Notes under the pieces: generated by a model
Told to the model about the DNA's origin: nothing
The model's database searches: none
Seen by the model: only the letters and a program-made list of their open reading frames with translations
Shown: positions 13,291-26,860 of the stretch, one piece after another
Position numbering within the stretch: position 1 is the stretch's first letter
Layout of the letters: the number at the start of each line of letters is the position of its first letter
Translations under genes and position numbers: made by a program
Origin: Catajapyx aquilonaris
Lineage: Eukaryota
Direction of reading: 5' to 3'
Assembly (NCBI GenBank): GCA_000934665.2
Contig: KZ538632.1
Location: 1-57,429, forward strand
Length of the DNA stretch: 57,429 nt

Positions 13291-14893
13291 ATTTTGAGCT
13301 AATCATTTCCTAATTACACATTTGAAAAGAATGTGCCTGGAAAACCAAGTGTCTGGGTTTAGAACATCACCCGCCCCCGCCATCAATTTTCCGGGGGCGA
13401 AAACAGCTCCGGAGAAAGTACCTCCATCCCACACTCTTAATAAAGCGTCCTCCGGTAACTAGATTAGAGGGAGCAATTATTCAGGCGGACAACCCAGAAC
13501 GGTGCTGCAAAATGAAAGGTGTGCAAGCATTATATATTATGCATATGCACCTTTTGCTCTACTTTTATCGTTGTTATTATTATGGACCCCGCCGCCTTCT
13601 TTTTTTTTAGTGAGGGGGGTTTTAGGATCCACCATTTTCACTTAAATCAAATTATATGGTCTGCTTTCTAGCTAGCGACACCATATGGTATTATAGTCAG
13701 AAAATGCATCTTGGGAGTGATTGGGTATGCATTGGATGCTATCTTACAATACAACAATGCAAGCAAATGTCACATACTCCGCAGAAGTACCGGTTGCACC
13801 ACACACGTGCAGAGAACGCATTAAGAAGGTTCCGCTAAATGACTCGATGCAGTTCTACCATATCTCAAATTGCGTCACACCCTCCAGTTTTTCAGCATAC
13901 CACGTATGAGTACCGTTGGACTAAAACGGCACAAAAATCAACTCTGGTCACGCAATGAGCCAGCGTAAAATGGCCACTTCGGATATTTCCATACCGTTTT
14001 CTCTCCTCGTATACCTTCATCCCCGCCCTTCAAAATTGCCAAGCCGTTCAAAATAATTGGACCTTCAGTTGCTTCATAAATCACGTAGGCGTTATCATGT
14101 AGCTAGCCAGAGTGCCAGAAAATCGCTCTTAAAAACAGTGTATGTTGACCAGCCCAAATGGACCATACCGTTGCAGAAACTTGACCAAAATCTGATTACG
14201 CATCTGCAACTTTGCTGGCTTTTGTGTGCATAATCAAGCATTGACCTTTTAGAAGTAGGGGGAAGTGTAATTAAGTTGGTTCGTACTTTGTATCGTTATG
14301 CAGATGACCAATTTGTAACGTTTCAAGTTGACTGTAGGAATTACCCGTTTGCGTATACAGGACCCCAACTTCATTGCCAACTCGTTGACCTTGCATGCTA
14401 AGGATCATGTCGTGATGGTGAGATCACTCGGAAAGCACAAGCCGGTTGGAGGGAAACTGCAATGACATTGATTCGTCCAATCACATGTAGCATGTGTCCC
14501 AAAAAATTATGCCCCAGTGAATAATTTTATGCATGTTTTCATCATAGGTGAAGCTACAAATTGTTTATCACAACAATCAGTTCACAGTACAGGAAGCTGA
14601 AAGAGACGAGACGAATTTTCTGACATTTTTGCCCGATAGCGTTATAAGCTGACACGTGAAATACTTCACCGCCTCGACATGTCTTATCCTCAAAACCAAT
14701 CTTCCATGTCCATTTACCGTCTCCACTTCTCTTCAAGTAAGCATACCCAGTACAAGGTGGTCATCTGCCAAAATGCCAATTTTGATGTACAGTATGTAGG
14801 AAATAAGTTCTTCTGTACTATTGACGCGAAGACTTAATATTTATTGAATCTTCTTATAGCATTCATTTGATGATAAGTAACAGTCGATGTTAC

Positions 14894-15076
14894 CTCTCCT
14901 TCCGATTCCTGGTTACAGTCCTGGTTACAGTCAGAGTTCAGTTCCTCAAGAAGTGTGCGGTCCTCCACCACCACCATCTCCTCCTTCTGGCTGCCCCCCT
15001 TCTCATTGTCCTGGGCAGGAGCTGCGAGCTGCTGCCGTTGGGGGCGACTCCCTTCCTGATTCTTTTCATCCGCGAC
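14894..15076 (-). CDS. Middle coding exon (61 aa, Glu/Gln-rich linker VADEKNQEGSRPQ...ESEGE) of the triple-BTB zinc-finger gene
   Basis: Acceptor tgtgtgtttcag| and donor gag|gtaaca. 183 nt, phase 0-0, matching both flanking exons. Open and purine-rich, with a 12-nt in-frame duplication (DCNQ x2). Confidence 0.75.
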
Positions 15077-15355
15077 CTGAAACACACAAAGGAGCAGCCA
15101 TCATCATTTCGTGCTGCAAGGGGCCAGGGAGAAGGAAAAAGTCGTGCGTAGAAACCAGTCGTGTGGGCCATTTGACTCGGCGGGGGAGGGTATAGGAGGA
15201 GGCTGGAAAAAAATAATAAAAAGAATCGCAAGTCCTCCACCCATAAAACGGAGGAAGCACGTACATCAAACGAAACTACCCAAAACGACTCAAAATGGTC
15301 AGGCACCTTGAAATGTACAGTACAGTCGATATAATAAATGCGGCAGAATATGACA

Positions 15356-15529
15356 ATGCGGTAGAAGTGCAAATCGAAGTGATAGAGTGTGAGCCGTGCG
15401 AGTAAGAAGAGGTAGCCCTTGATTGACGTCACCGACTGGAGGACAATGGCGAAAAAGGCTTGCCCCCGGCCAGTGATGTCACACTTCTTACTCGCACGGC
15501 TCACGCTTCGATTTCCACGTCTGCCGCAT
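15356..15529. mobile_element. Small degenerate inverted-repeat element (MITE-like); a second partial copy lies at 12193-12268
   Basis: The left arm atgcggtagaagtgcaaatcgaag..tgagccgtgcgagtaagaag mirrors the right arm cttcttactcgcacggctca..cttcgatttccacgtctgccgcat. A similar sequence at 12193-12268 runs into the assembly gap. Confidence 0.6.
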
Positions 15530-18500
15530 CGGAAAATGTCGCTAGCAGTATGGCGGAATTAATGTTCAGCACTGTACCTGTAATGATGTGCGTTTTGTAA
15601 CATGCACCGTATCTAACAGAAAACATGCATTCATCACTAGGACCATAACACTTCCTGACAGGAAAATAACCCCATAAGTTGCCCATAAGGCAGTGACTTG
15701 CATTTCAAAAAAAAAATAGCCTAACACTATTCAGCAAATTTCATGAAATAACTCCTAGCATCATAGGTCAGTCACATTTTCAGACGACATAACGAGCCGA
15801 GACTTCTCAGGTTACAAATCGTTTCAAGCACCGGTAGCTGTGATTCGTCCATTTGCAAGCCTGGTTTCCTTCATAAAAAGAAATACGAAGAAGACGGAAT
15901 GGGAAAGAAAAGAAAAACCCTGTTTCGCGTCTGGTTTTCTGCGACCTGAATTTTCTTCTCGTGTGTTACAAGACGGCCGATGCGAATTCATTTTTTCTCT
16001 CTCGAAATGTAGACGAAAAAGAATTTTATTCTTCCGGTTTTCAATGCTCGGGTGCAAATTTGCTTGCACCATCGAACAAATGTGCAGTTACAAGAATCGT
16101 GCAACCGGCCTTATCTCACAGTTACGGACCTACAGAGAGAAAAATTAGGAATTAAAAACTTCACTGTTCGTGATTCCCCCGGCCATACATTGAAACTGAG
16201 CCTCTTTAATGTCTGCATCAAACTTTGCCAGCAAACCTAATTAGGATACACATGCGGAAAATATAGCAGATAACCAAGGCGTAAGGGGTTTCGTATTAAG
16301 AAAATGATTTATAGCGATGTTCATTAGTCACAGAGTTGAGTTCCACACTATAGCGCCTTCCAATGACCGAAAAATTTGTTCACACCACAGCAATGTTACT
16401 GGATCAAAAATGAGAAAAGGAAGTTGCAAAAAATCAGTTAACGATCATCACAGAATCAATTTTCCATAAAGTTATAGGTTTGTAACAGAATCACTATTTT
16501 ACTGACTCTTAATCCTTGTCATAAAGGGTTATGGCACTATTCGCGATAGTTAATCAAATAAAAAAATGTGACCTATCATTATCAAGTAATATCCAATGTG
16601 AAAGTAATTGCAAATCGAGTTTTTATTCAGCTCTTAATACATACTGCACATGGGTGTCAATCAATGTTTGTCCATGCGTCTGGGAGTACGTGATATGTTT
16701 CGATGTTATTTTTACTATTAAAGCCACAAAATCAGTCATCATTAACTGCACATTATAAAATGTGAATAGCGAGAAGAGTTCGTGAACTGAATTTGAAATA
16801 AATTAAATGCAGCCATGACGCTTCCACCTGCGTGTTTCAGCAAAGCCCAGCACTATAAAGTGGGACATTACAATACCGGTAGGCTTATTCTCGGAAAGAA
16901 ATAATAGTGATGACGTGTTTCGCTTAATTACAAGAGTAATGAATATCCTCATTTCATGAAATATTGCATGCTTGACCTACAAGATTTAAATCACTATATA
17001 TTTAAAGGTGTAGGATGTATCGTTTCAACGAAATGATTTAAAATCCTTCATGATCTATCCATTGAAGACTACTACTGTACTCTAATAATATATTTATGCC
17101 CATAAGTAATTATGAAACACGGTGTAATCAAAAATGGATAAAATGGCATCATATTAGCTAGTTGCATCCACAATAACTGTAATTATTATTTTGAGTAGAA
17201 TGCAATTTACTACTTAGCCCATTCTTCCAGTATAAGTATGCTTTCATTGCCTTAAAAGTCATAACTTAATCACCTCTAAACACGGCAATTACGCTCAGAT
17301 GGACAATGACATCTTCAAGCATGTCCGCGTGATCTTCCTGTTACTGCCAAGTTTCTCCACAAGTGGGAAGCTGGCCCAGCCGAGCAAAACAGCATATTGC
17401 CACAAACAAACCCACCCAATTAAGACACAACAAATGAGAATTGTCACTTTTGACAATCCAGATTACGCCGACCGAAATCGAAATTGCTCAAAACTAATCG
17501 CAGGGGGGGAAAAATTAGAAGTTACAATGCTACCGAAAGTGAGAAACAGTCACTAACCCTTCCATTCCTCGTAATTAGGCTCATCTTGTTCAAAAACTGG
17601 GCCAGAGAAAATAAGTGCATAAAAAATTCGAAAAAATAACTTTCTCGTGAATCCCTTTAAAAAAAATTCCGGTTTAGAAGTGTCAGTTAGTATTATGTAA
17701 TGACACCTGGTTCCAAACTAGGTGAAATTAGAGCAAGATCGGTCTACCGCTTTTATTGGTATTGTTCAACTCAATCCCAACTTTGGAGTTATCTTAACCT
17801 CAACCTTAATGAGCCGAATCAAATTTTAGCCAATAAATGAGTCACTTCAATTGCTAGCAATTGAGAGCACCGCAATTCTCTCTTTCGCAACACATAATTG
17901 CAAAAAAAAAAAGGTAATATGTCACACATCACACTGTTGCGATTTTCTACACACAACTTTTTTTTTTTTGGTATTTCGGATGCGTGGAATCGGTTGCAAA
18001 TATCAGGAAGACTAGACCCACCCTAAAACACATTTTCAAAACTGGATTTGTCGCAAGATTGGCAACTTTCTCCGCAACAGTATGCCTACTGTGAGTGGAA
18101 ATCTAAGGAATATTTATTCTTCTGAAGTCTCGCACTTTTATCCGGTATTGCGCATTCATACATGACATACTACATACTGTATATGCTATGCAACCAGCTA
18201 TAAACCTCATAAGCCATGACTGGTGACAATAAAGGCAATCAATCCGGTTCCATTGGGACAATTCATATATAGTTATAGTATATCATATGTATACAACTTG
18301 TAAGTTATATGACTATTATCATGAGTAATATTGGTAAGGTCATTTTTAATTATTCTATTTTAATGACTTATTAGCCAAAATTTCAAATAATTATCCTACT
18401 TATCTTTGGATGATTAAGCAAATCAGTCCAATCATGTCACACACTTTTTAGGTATATTTATCCAGCTTTATCAGCTAAGCTCCACACTGCTGTCATTTTG

Positions 18501-20440
18501 CCGCACTCTACAACACATAATGTTCTAATTCGCTTGCTGTACTATTTCTCAGTTTCCCTCCCTCGCAATATGACACCTAATTTTCACCGAAATAAATCAC
18601 ACCTTTCCGGCTCAACTGCCCTGAAAAAAAAGGCTACACCATACCATTCTCTCGCTCAAAAAAATTGCAAAAAAAAAAACCCTCCCGTTGGATCAGTATC
18701 GCCAAAATTCTCGCCACCACCTCGCGACAATAGGGGGGGTTCAAAATGCATAAAAAAATCTGGACACCCTGCTGGGGCTTTGCAACCATGAAACAATTCG
18801 CGACCAGCTCTTCAGCGCATCGGAAGAAATTACACACACCAGAGGAGACCATGAAAAGGACAACTCATCCTCCATGTTTGCCTGTGCGAATAATACCTGT
18901 CTACAAAAAAAAAAGTTGAAGAAAAAAAAAATCAGGTTGTGGGAGGGTTCATCACACATCCGGAGACAATACGGACACGCTAATGACGATTTCACCCTTC
19001 GAGTGTCACGTCCCATTGTTGCAACACACCCTTTTTTATATAGTCCCGAGGCTAATATGAGCCGGATTTGCACACTCAAAAAGGTCTCGTCAATAGTGCC
19101 CCATTGTTAATTCTTTTTTCACTTGAGATGAGCGAAATTGGGTTGAAAGTGATGCGTGATGTGTGCTTTATATTTTTCGCGAAACATCTTCTCTCTTTTC
19201 CTGTTTTTTGCACTTTTTTTGTACATGTTGAAGTAAGTGTTCCGACCGTTAGTTTGGTTGCTGGGGTCGGTAATTAAAATCGCTTCTCGGTGACAGGCGT
19301 CGATCCTTCCGGCAATATTAGTTCTGAACCTGATGCCATTTTTTTCCCCCATTGTAGCCGGAGATTGACAGTGATACGATAATTAATTAATTGCGGAAAC
19401 TAGAACCTGTGCAAAAATTGGGGTTGCGTCAATAAAAATTGCGAGATGTATTTATTATGGCTATGATGCTGCCAATAAAATGTAGCGGTTCAGGTTAGAG
19501 AATTAAGACTTCAAAACGTGTATTGCCCAAGGGGAATGAGAAGTTACTTTGTTTACTACAGGGGTCATTGTTACAAGACAGCTGGAGTCATCTCATTTCC
19601 TTATGAAAGAGGTAGCCCCTGCAAAAAAATCAACAGCTAAAATGTGACAAGAGTGCAAAAATTAATTATAAATACACGAATAAACATATGGACTAATATT
19701 TGCCAACCACCTTCAAACCCTGATAGCATCAACTCTACAAATCGGGCAAGTGCCTTAAAAGCCTGCAAATTAGCATTCCGAAGAATAATAGAAATCTTGT
19801 TGCCATAAGTCCATTTTTCACGAACCTTCTTCTGCAATCAACCATTATGCAAATTATGTGATTTTTTAAAAACTCCCACTTCCTTACACGCGCTCATTAA
19901 CGCATAACCATTATCGCGTGAAAAATCACGCTTAAATATCACGTTGTAACAATAACCCTCCTGAAAAATCTGACTTCCGCCCAAGACCCTTTAAAAAAAC
20001 GCACGTCATCAATCAATCAGCCTCCTAAATGATGACAAAGAGTTTGACCTGACCTTTCTTCTTCCCTGACCAGTCCTGTCCAGGAACAAAGCAAGGCAGG
20101 TCCTTTCATACATTTTCCTATCGCTACACACAAAAAAAGAACCCGGCAGTTGTTTACATGGGTGGGGTTTGAGATGGTAAGGTGCACAGTACCTATAACT
20201 ACCGCCGAAATCCGAGTCACGGATATCCATCCCCATGTGTCCGATGGGAAACACCTCTCAGGTCATTTTGTACAAAAAAAAAAAGGCGCGCCTAGTCACG
20301 TCGGCATCCCGGATAATCACCGCTGGGCAAAACGGTCGGGTTAATGTTCTTATACAAAACGCACTTCCCAAGATGGCCGTCGTCATGGGTACCCTTACTG
20401 GAAGTTGTACCATCAAGCAAAAATGGGGGGGGGGGGGGGG

Positions 20441-20534
20441 NNNNNNNNNNNNNNNNNNNNNNNNNNNNNNNNNNNNNNNNNNNNNNNNNNNNNNNNNNNN
20501 NNNNNNNNNNNNNNNNNNNNNNNNNNNNNNNNNN
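20441..20534. other. Assembly gap (N run) after poly-G
   Basis: Run of N characters. Confidence 0.99.
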
Positions 20535-20902
20535 GGACACTATCCTCTTGTCCTGTCCACTCCTGCCCTCTTCCTTGGGCTGTTTTGCGCGCGCCTTGGT
20601 CCCCCTTATTAGACGCAATTTATTTCGGGAGGGTCCAAACACGCCTCGAACCCCCCCCCCCTCCCCCCTTCCCCAACTACCCTTCCTCCCCATTCCCACC
20701 TTCCCTCTCCACCCCCCACCACATCGATCACGATCTTCCCCTGGCGCCCACTCATGAAGACGCAGCCTGAATTGCTCTAGGTTAGCCTTCCCAAGAGGTG
20801 GAAGGATTTGGGGATCAGGTGTGACTTACGTCAAGCTCTTCGATTTTCCTGTAACCTGTAACAGTACACACAAACATAAGTTTTAAAAAAAATAAAACTT
20901 AC

Positions 20903-22144
20903 GGTCTTTCTGCGTCCTCTTTTGGCCAATCTAGATGCGATGCTGTCGGTCTGCTCCATCAAACCATTCAAAGGTAGGGTTTGAAAGTCGACCCATTTGG
21001 TCATCTTCTCCTGGAAGGTGGACCATGACCCTGGATAGCTGGTACCACCGTAGTACATGTAGTCGACGCAGGATTTCAATTGGGCGAACTTCATATCGCT
21101 GACTACTACGCAGTATGGCGGTTTTAAGGAGTACTTGTTAAGTCCTCGTATGTACGGGCAGAATAGGTTGAGAACAGTGCTATGGACCAATATCGTGGTC
21201 CCTTCGCATAGGAGGGACAGGTCGGCAGTGGAAGAGCTCAGGTTGTTCAAAACGGTGGACACCTGTTTGTAAAATGGATCCTCGCTAACGGACGTTGTGA
21301 GTGTCAGAACCTGATGCTGATCAGTCGTGTCCACCTGATCTGGCACAGACAACCTCTGGCAAAGGTCGGTAAATCCGAGCATGACCGCAACGCTGTGCAC
21401 TTCTGTCATATCCTCTGCCGCAATGGTAGTGTGGCCACAGTACACAAACTCTAATGCATGTTGCAAGTGACGGCTGGATACATTGTCCATAACTATCCGA
21501 AGCGGCTCGCATCCCTCTCTGCTCATGCCGTGTAACAACGCACTGCATGTCGACACCACCGACAGGTGAGCCTGCACCATGTCATCCCGGGTCACAAACA
21601 CGACGTCGCAGTCTGCACGTGACCATAGCCGACAGATCAGCACGTCCTTGTGTCGTGTCCATCGTACCAGGCAGAACTGGTCATCCACATCGCATGTCTC
21701 TAGCTCCAGCATGAACCTGGCTCTGATCAGATGGCCTATCTGATACAAGGAGGTTAGGTCATGCCTCTTGACCTTGACTTCTCCCAGGTACAACAGGGTC
21801 ATAAGTGCGGCCAGGTCAAACCCATCACTCAGCATAGCCACAGTGCTATGACACTCCCGGCCAAGTAGCCAAAAGAGTTCGCTCCCAGCACTCACCACCT
21901 CATGATGGACCCTGAGCTGTTGCTTGTCACTAATCAGGGTCATGGTCGTGAACTTTGACCCGGTGTAAAAATTCCAGAGCTTGGTTCGTAGGTTGTAATA
22001 GTGTTGGTCCCAGGTGATCAGGCGTTGGTTGCGCCCAAGTGCTGCGGATTGCAGGCCTAGCACTTCGGCTATGGCTGTCGGATCCACGGTGCTGATGGGC
22101 TTTGCGGTCGACGAAACGACGTTGTCCAGTGTAACGTCGGCCAT
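20903..22144 (-). CDS. First coding exon (414 aa) with three tandem divergent tramtrack-like BTB/POZ domains followed by a basic NLS-like KRGRRK
   Basis: Acceptor ctcttgcag| just upstream (exon starts at 22157), ATG at 22144, donor acc|gtaagt at 20902 (phase 0). Three repeats match the BTB pattern (D/T-V-T-L...AH/VH-x-x-V-L-S...L-x-x-L-L-x-F/Y-x-Y-x-G) at about aa 41-146, 156-262 and 278-395. Repeat 2 starts QFCLVRW, like tramtrack-group FCLRW. Confidence 0.88.
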
Positions 22145-23799
22145 TCTGGCACGGCAGCTGCAAGAGTGTTACGACAGCGCATGAACATTTTGGTATAAGA
22201 CTCCGGAATTACAGAAACGGCAGGAATATTCGTCACAGGCTAATTGAGTAACATACATAAACTACACTGCAGGGCCAATAATTGTTTCAACATCCTCTTC
22301 TGAACTAAATTGCTGAGCCCCTCCCCCCCCCCCAATAATAATAATAATAAATTAATTAATAATATACTGTACACATTCCAACTCATAAGATTACATGGTG
22401 CTTCTCCAAACTATTTCTTTATGAGACAACCGCCAGTGGTTATACCCTTTCCCAAGAAAATAAAGCCAAAACCCGTGGAATAACTGGGTCCGAAGTTTGT
22501 AACGCGGTGAATCACAATTAAAAAGCTAATAACGTAAAGTTAGCTTTTAGCCACAAGCAGATCCTAACAATCCCTACCTTTGCCGATACCCGCTGTGTGC
22601 GGAAATTAACAACGTAGTCACTATTAAAGACATTAATTACTCCACGCGACTGGAGAGATTCCCTCTCTCTCATCCTCCAGGTAAGGCAAGACGAGAATGT
22701 CACATCTAGATCGTATATTTGGAATGTCAGAAAAATTTGGAACCAAACAATATGTAACATGGATCTGCATATAAGTCAATAACCGACATGAGTCTGCCAA
22801 TGTATAAACTGGGATGTAAAACACCGTTGACACGTGAATCAACAAAGAAGCGATCTATAGACACAGTGTCATGTTACATACTGTCAGTATTTGCATCCTC
22901 GGAGTCATAAAACGCGGTGTATGTCCTATAAAACGACACAATCATTTTTTTTGCACCAGTACACCTTTCACATCACCAAGTTATAGGTCATCTGATAAGG
23001 CTGAGCATACCCAACACAATGCAACTGCCATAACCGCTGAGCTATAGACGAAGTGTTGAAACATGCGGGAAAAACAAAAGCATTTCAATAACTACTCGTA
23101 AAGCAGACTCTATTCTAAAGAGGCGACAACTCTTAACAACTCAGCATATGACTCTAGGAGTCTAGGTCATTTGGTCATGATCGACCGTGGATAACACCGA
23201 ACCATTATGTAACGCATTTTTTTTTACATGGCCCATGGATATATGGCCCAATATGTCCCCAAAATTTATTATAGACATATGGGGGTATTTGCCCCACCCC
23301 ACTATACGTTGTCCTAATTCGCCCAAATTCGCATCTATGATTGCCCCTCGCACGCAGTGCCCTCTCTTGCCAACAGGGATCAAATTTTAAAAGCTCTGCA
23401 GGCAAGATCCCAATTTAATTTCACGAGAGGGGTGGGTGGGTGGTAGCAATGTGGGCGTGGGTGGGTGGGTGGGTTCGTGGGTCTACCTTCTACCCCCCTC
23501 TCTCTTCCACCACCCACTCCCCCTATTCCCGGACCCACCCCTCCATCTCTCTCACACCCACAGCCTCACCCCAATCAATAAACAGGACCACTGGCCCACG
23601 CCGGAACAAGGTCAGAGGAAGTGTTCCGTGCTTTTCGGGCTTCACCTTCATCGACTTGGACCGACTAGGGTACACCTACAAAATTTTGGGAGTACCCGGA
23701 TTTTCCAGTATGCTCTCAGTAGTATGGAAGTGGACCGCTATTATATTATATCGCCAACATATCAGTTATTAATAACACTAAATCAAAGTTCACGCTATT

Positions 23800-23828
23800 A
23801 ATCGATATGGAAGGAACCGAATCGATAT
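23800..23828 (-). promoter_or_regulatory. Two DRE-like motifs (TATCGAT on the - strand), possibly part of the BTB-ZF gene promoter
   Basis: atcgata at 23801-23807 and 23821-23827, about 1.65 kb upstream of the first coding exon. That exon starts with a splice acceptor, so an upstream non-coding exon is expected. The TSS was not located. Confidence 0.3.
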
Positions 23829-25346
23829 GTCGAAATTAAAAACGGGTGCCGAACACCCGACTACCTGATTATCGGCGGCTGTCATTAGCATTATTACCGC
23901 ACGGCAGCTTTCCCTATCTGACAAGCGCCAACGTGCCTACAAACACAATGGCTAAAAAAAAAAAATGAACGGGGACCGACATGCATAATAACACACACGA
24001 GAGCAAACTGTCGGGGGGTGTAACGTAATGATGACACATGCAATGACAGCTTCATAACTACCGCTTTGCCTTCTCTTTTCAGGATAAGAAAAGAGAGCCA
24101 CTTTTCCTCCACATCAAGAGGGTCAAACGGGTCGACATTGACGTCGTATACCTTTATGGGAAAATCAATTTGTTCGACATCCCTTTCCACTCATTCATAT
24201 GCCCAATAAACGTGTCATTCAACATAGTCTGAATAATATTTTATTTAAATTGCATAACTATTATTGTATGGTGGTTTAATATGCACGTTTTCTCCAGGAC
24301 CGGTTTCAGCTATTTTTACCAACAATTTGAAACCCTTCCGACATGACGTTATACGTCAGGCTCATTTTCTGCCTTTTATTAAAACCACCCATACTCGCCT
24401 GTCACTCACAAAGTATGTCACGTTGGCATGTAACCTTCCGCATCAATTTTTTTTTCGTAATACGTAAATGACCCCCATCTCCTAGTCATGAAAAGTAATC
24501 CACAGTATAACCCAATAATATTTTTTTAAACATTTTTTCACATGATTTATTTTATTTATTTAATATACCCCTGGTACACAGGCCACTTTTTCACATATTA
24601 ATGTGAGATAGCTGATATTTCCAATATTGATAATCTTTGACCAAGTGTTTCCTTAGCCAATTAGCATTTCCCATACTCTCAACAATGTAAACATAAAAAA
24701 CACCCTCTAACAGTCCACACCTTTCAGCACTGTAACTGCACACACTCCGGAACCCAAATCCCCCGGATAAATAACCTAAAGTCGACCCCGCCCTTTTGCT
24801 CCCACCCCCCTCTAACACCCCCCCTCCCCATTTCCAAAATACGCCCTCCGGATTCATTACACAGTTTTTTCCAGCCCACGGATCTATATTGGCACCCCCA
24901 CCCTCTCCTCCCCGTTACTCCCATCCCCTCCGTCCCCCCAATTGCGCTCCGGAACACTGTTGTTTGATATTACCCCAAGCATTAAGTGTTTTAGCAATCA
25001 CAGCGAAACAGTCGTTGATTGAAAAGCTTCAATTATGGGGGGCTTTATTAGTTATCCGCAGCGTCCAGCGTCGCCCCCACCCCCCATTCCATCCCCTACC
25101 TCCCCAACACATACACACACATACCCAGGCACACTAAAAAAGGGGATTAAACGCAGCGGAATTTTGACGGAAGGCTGTCAATAACCGACAACCTCATCCC
25201 ACCGACACCGCAAATTGATTGGTTGTCGGGTTCAGTTATTTGCAAATTCTATAAAAAAAAGGACCAATTATTATCTTAAGCTCATGTTAATACTAGCCTT
25301 CTCTCAAATAGCTATTTCGCACTTTTGATCATATCCAAATAGGTTA

Positions 25347-25435
25347 CATTTGATATATAATTTTTTTTAAAGTAAGGAAGAGGCGGTATTGTCATGGGGA
25401 TCGAACCCAGGACCTTGCAAGTGTCCATACTGGCG
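25347..25435 (-). repeat. Dispersed repeat fragment with a Pol III B-box-like motif (SINE-like), copy 1
   Basis: The - strand reads ggtcctgggttcgatcccc. It shares catttgatat...gtaaggaaga..ggtattgt...atcgaacccaggac...atactgg with 26761-26860. Confidence 0.55.
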
Positions 25436-26760
25436 GTTAACATGTTTTTATCCCCCAGCCCTTCAATTATCCTGATCCCTGTTGATGCAATGCTCACTTG
25501 ATCACCCATTGGTTGCACTACATTTCACCTTGATACAAAGAAGATTCGCTTCAGGTGAAAATTTCAATCTAGACCGGTCCGGTTTCTCCCTTAATTTTTC
25601 TTTTTTTTTTTCAAACTCATCACAAGACTTTCAGGTGAGTTACGTGACTACCCACCCATCCCATGTTTTGCTATATCTTCTTACACGTAAGATTCCGTTT
25701 TACTACGATCCAGGAAGCTGTCCTTTCACTTGCGCAACATTACCGGATTGTCCACTTAGATGTCCCAAAAAAAAGGTTTAATTTCACACAGATGGGGGGT
25801 TACTTACTGCAGCATCACGTGTGGAAGTGGTAGAGTGAATCGCATGTGGGCTGATATTAATTTAATTGCTGCTTGTAAATCATTCATGAACTATAATAAA
25901 TTGTGTTATTATATGCATATGCATTTAAATTGCGGCGTACCTCTTATGATAAGATTTTCATTTAACTTCATTACAGTTTCATTACACTAGCCACGTACTG
26001 GTCGATATGCGGAACTAAGCAAGTGACATGAGGAAACCGCATAGATACGCTGAACAATCCTTCCAAGTTTATGGTGAAGCTGTTTAGTCCTGCAGATATT
26101 ATAGCAGCAAGCTGGGAGAATTTCATGGGTTTAGTGCTAAAATCGTCAAAATCAGAATTGAAGTCTCTAATAATAATGTCACTGATCTGTATTGGCTTCC
26201 GGATTTACACTAATTTTTTAAAGTGCTAAATGTCATCACCATTGCTGTAACGATATAGATGTCATTTGGCACTTAAAAAGACAGACTGTCCCATATATAT
26301 TGTAGGCTCATTTTAAATTAGTACAGTATGTTTAAACAGGCTGTAACTAGCTGTAAGACCTCAATCTATTAAAATAATTGTGCGATTGACCAAAACCAAC
26401 TATTGGAATAAATTAACGTTAATACCGCAAAATTTATCACGCTTGTCCAATTTAATTAATTACTATCAATTAACAATATTACAGGATTAAATTGCGTGAC
26501 ACGGTTGTTACTTTTTTTGTACTGCACATGTTATATTATTATTAATAATCATTATTATTACTTGCAACCCGTATATATTAATGACCATTTCCGTGTACTA
26601 CATGTACTGTATATGTGATAGTAATGATGAGGCATAATAAAACCATGTGCTAATGGCAAATGGATCAGGATTTTCCAGAGAAAGTGTGAGTAATATGAAA
26701 GTAATTCCTTCCTTTTGAATCACTTTGCACTTATGGACCAGGTAGCACTTAGGCTGGAGT

Positions 26761-26860
26761 CATTTGATATTTTTTTCAGTTTTGTAAGGAAGAGAGGGTA
26801 TTGTATGGACGTCACCGGGAATCGAACCCAGGACAGCCTCGTACCGTACAATACTGGAAG
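26761..26860 (-). repeat. Dispersed repeat fragment with a Pol III B-box-like motif (SINE-like), copy 2
   Basis: The - strand reads gtcctgggttcgattcccgg; colinear similarity to 25347-25435. Confidence 0.55.

Noticed and set aside
14554..14765. Possible extra BTB-ZF exon
   Set aside because: The candidate acceptors give stops or phases incompatible with the phase-0 neighbours.
20831..20902. C-terminal 23 aa of the 437-aa BTB ORF (VSFIFFKTY...)
   Set aside because: Read-through into the intron past a consensus GTAAGT donor. An intron-retained BTB-only isoform cannot be excluded but has no support.
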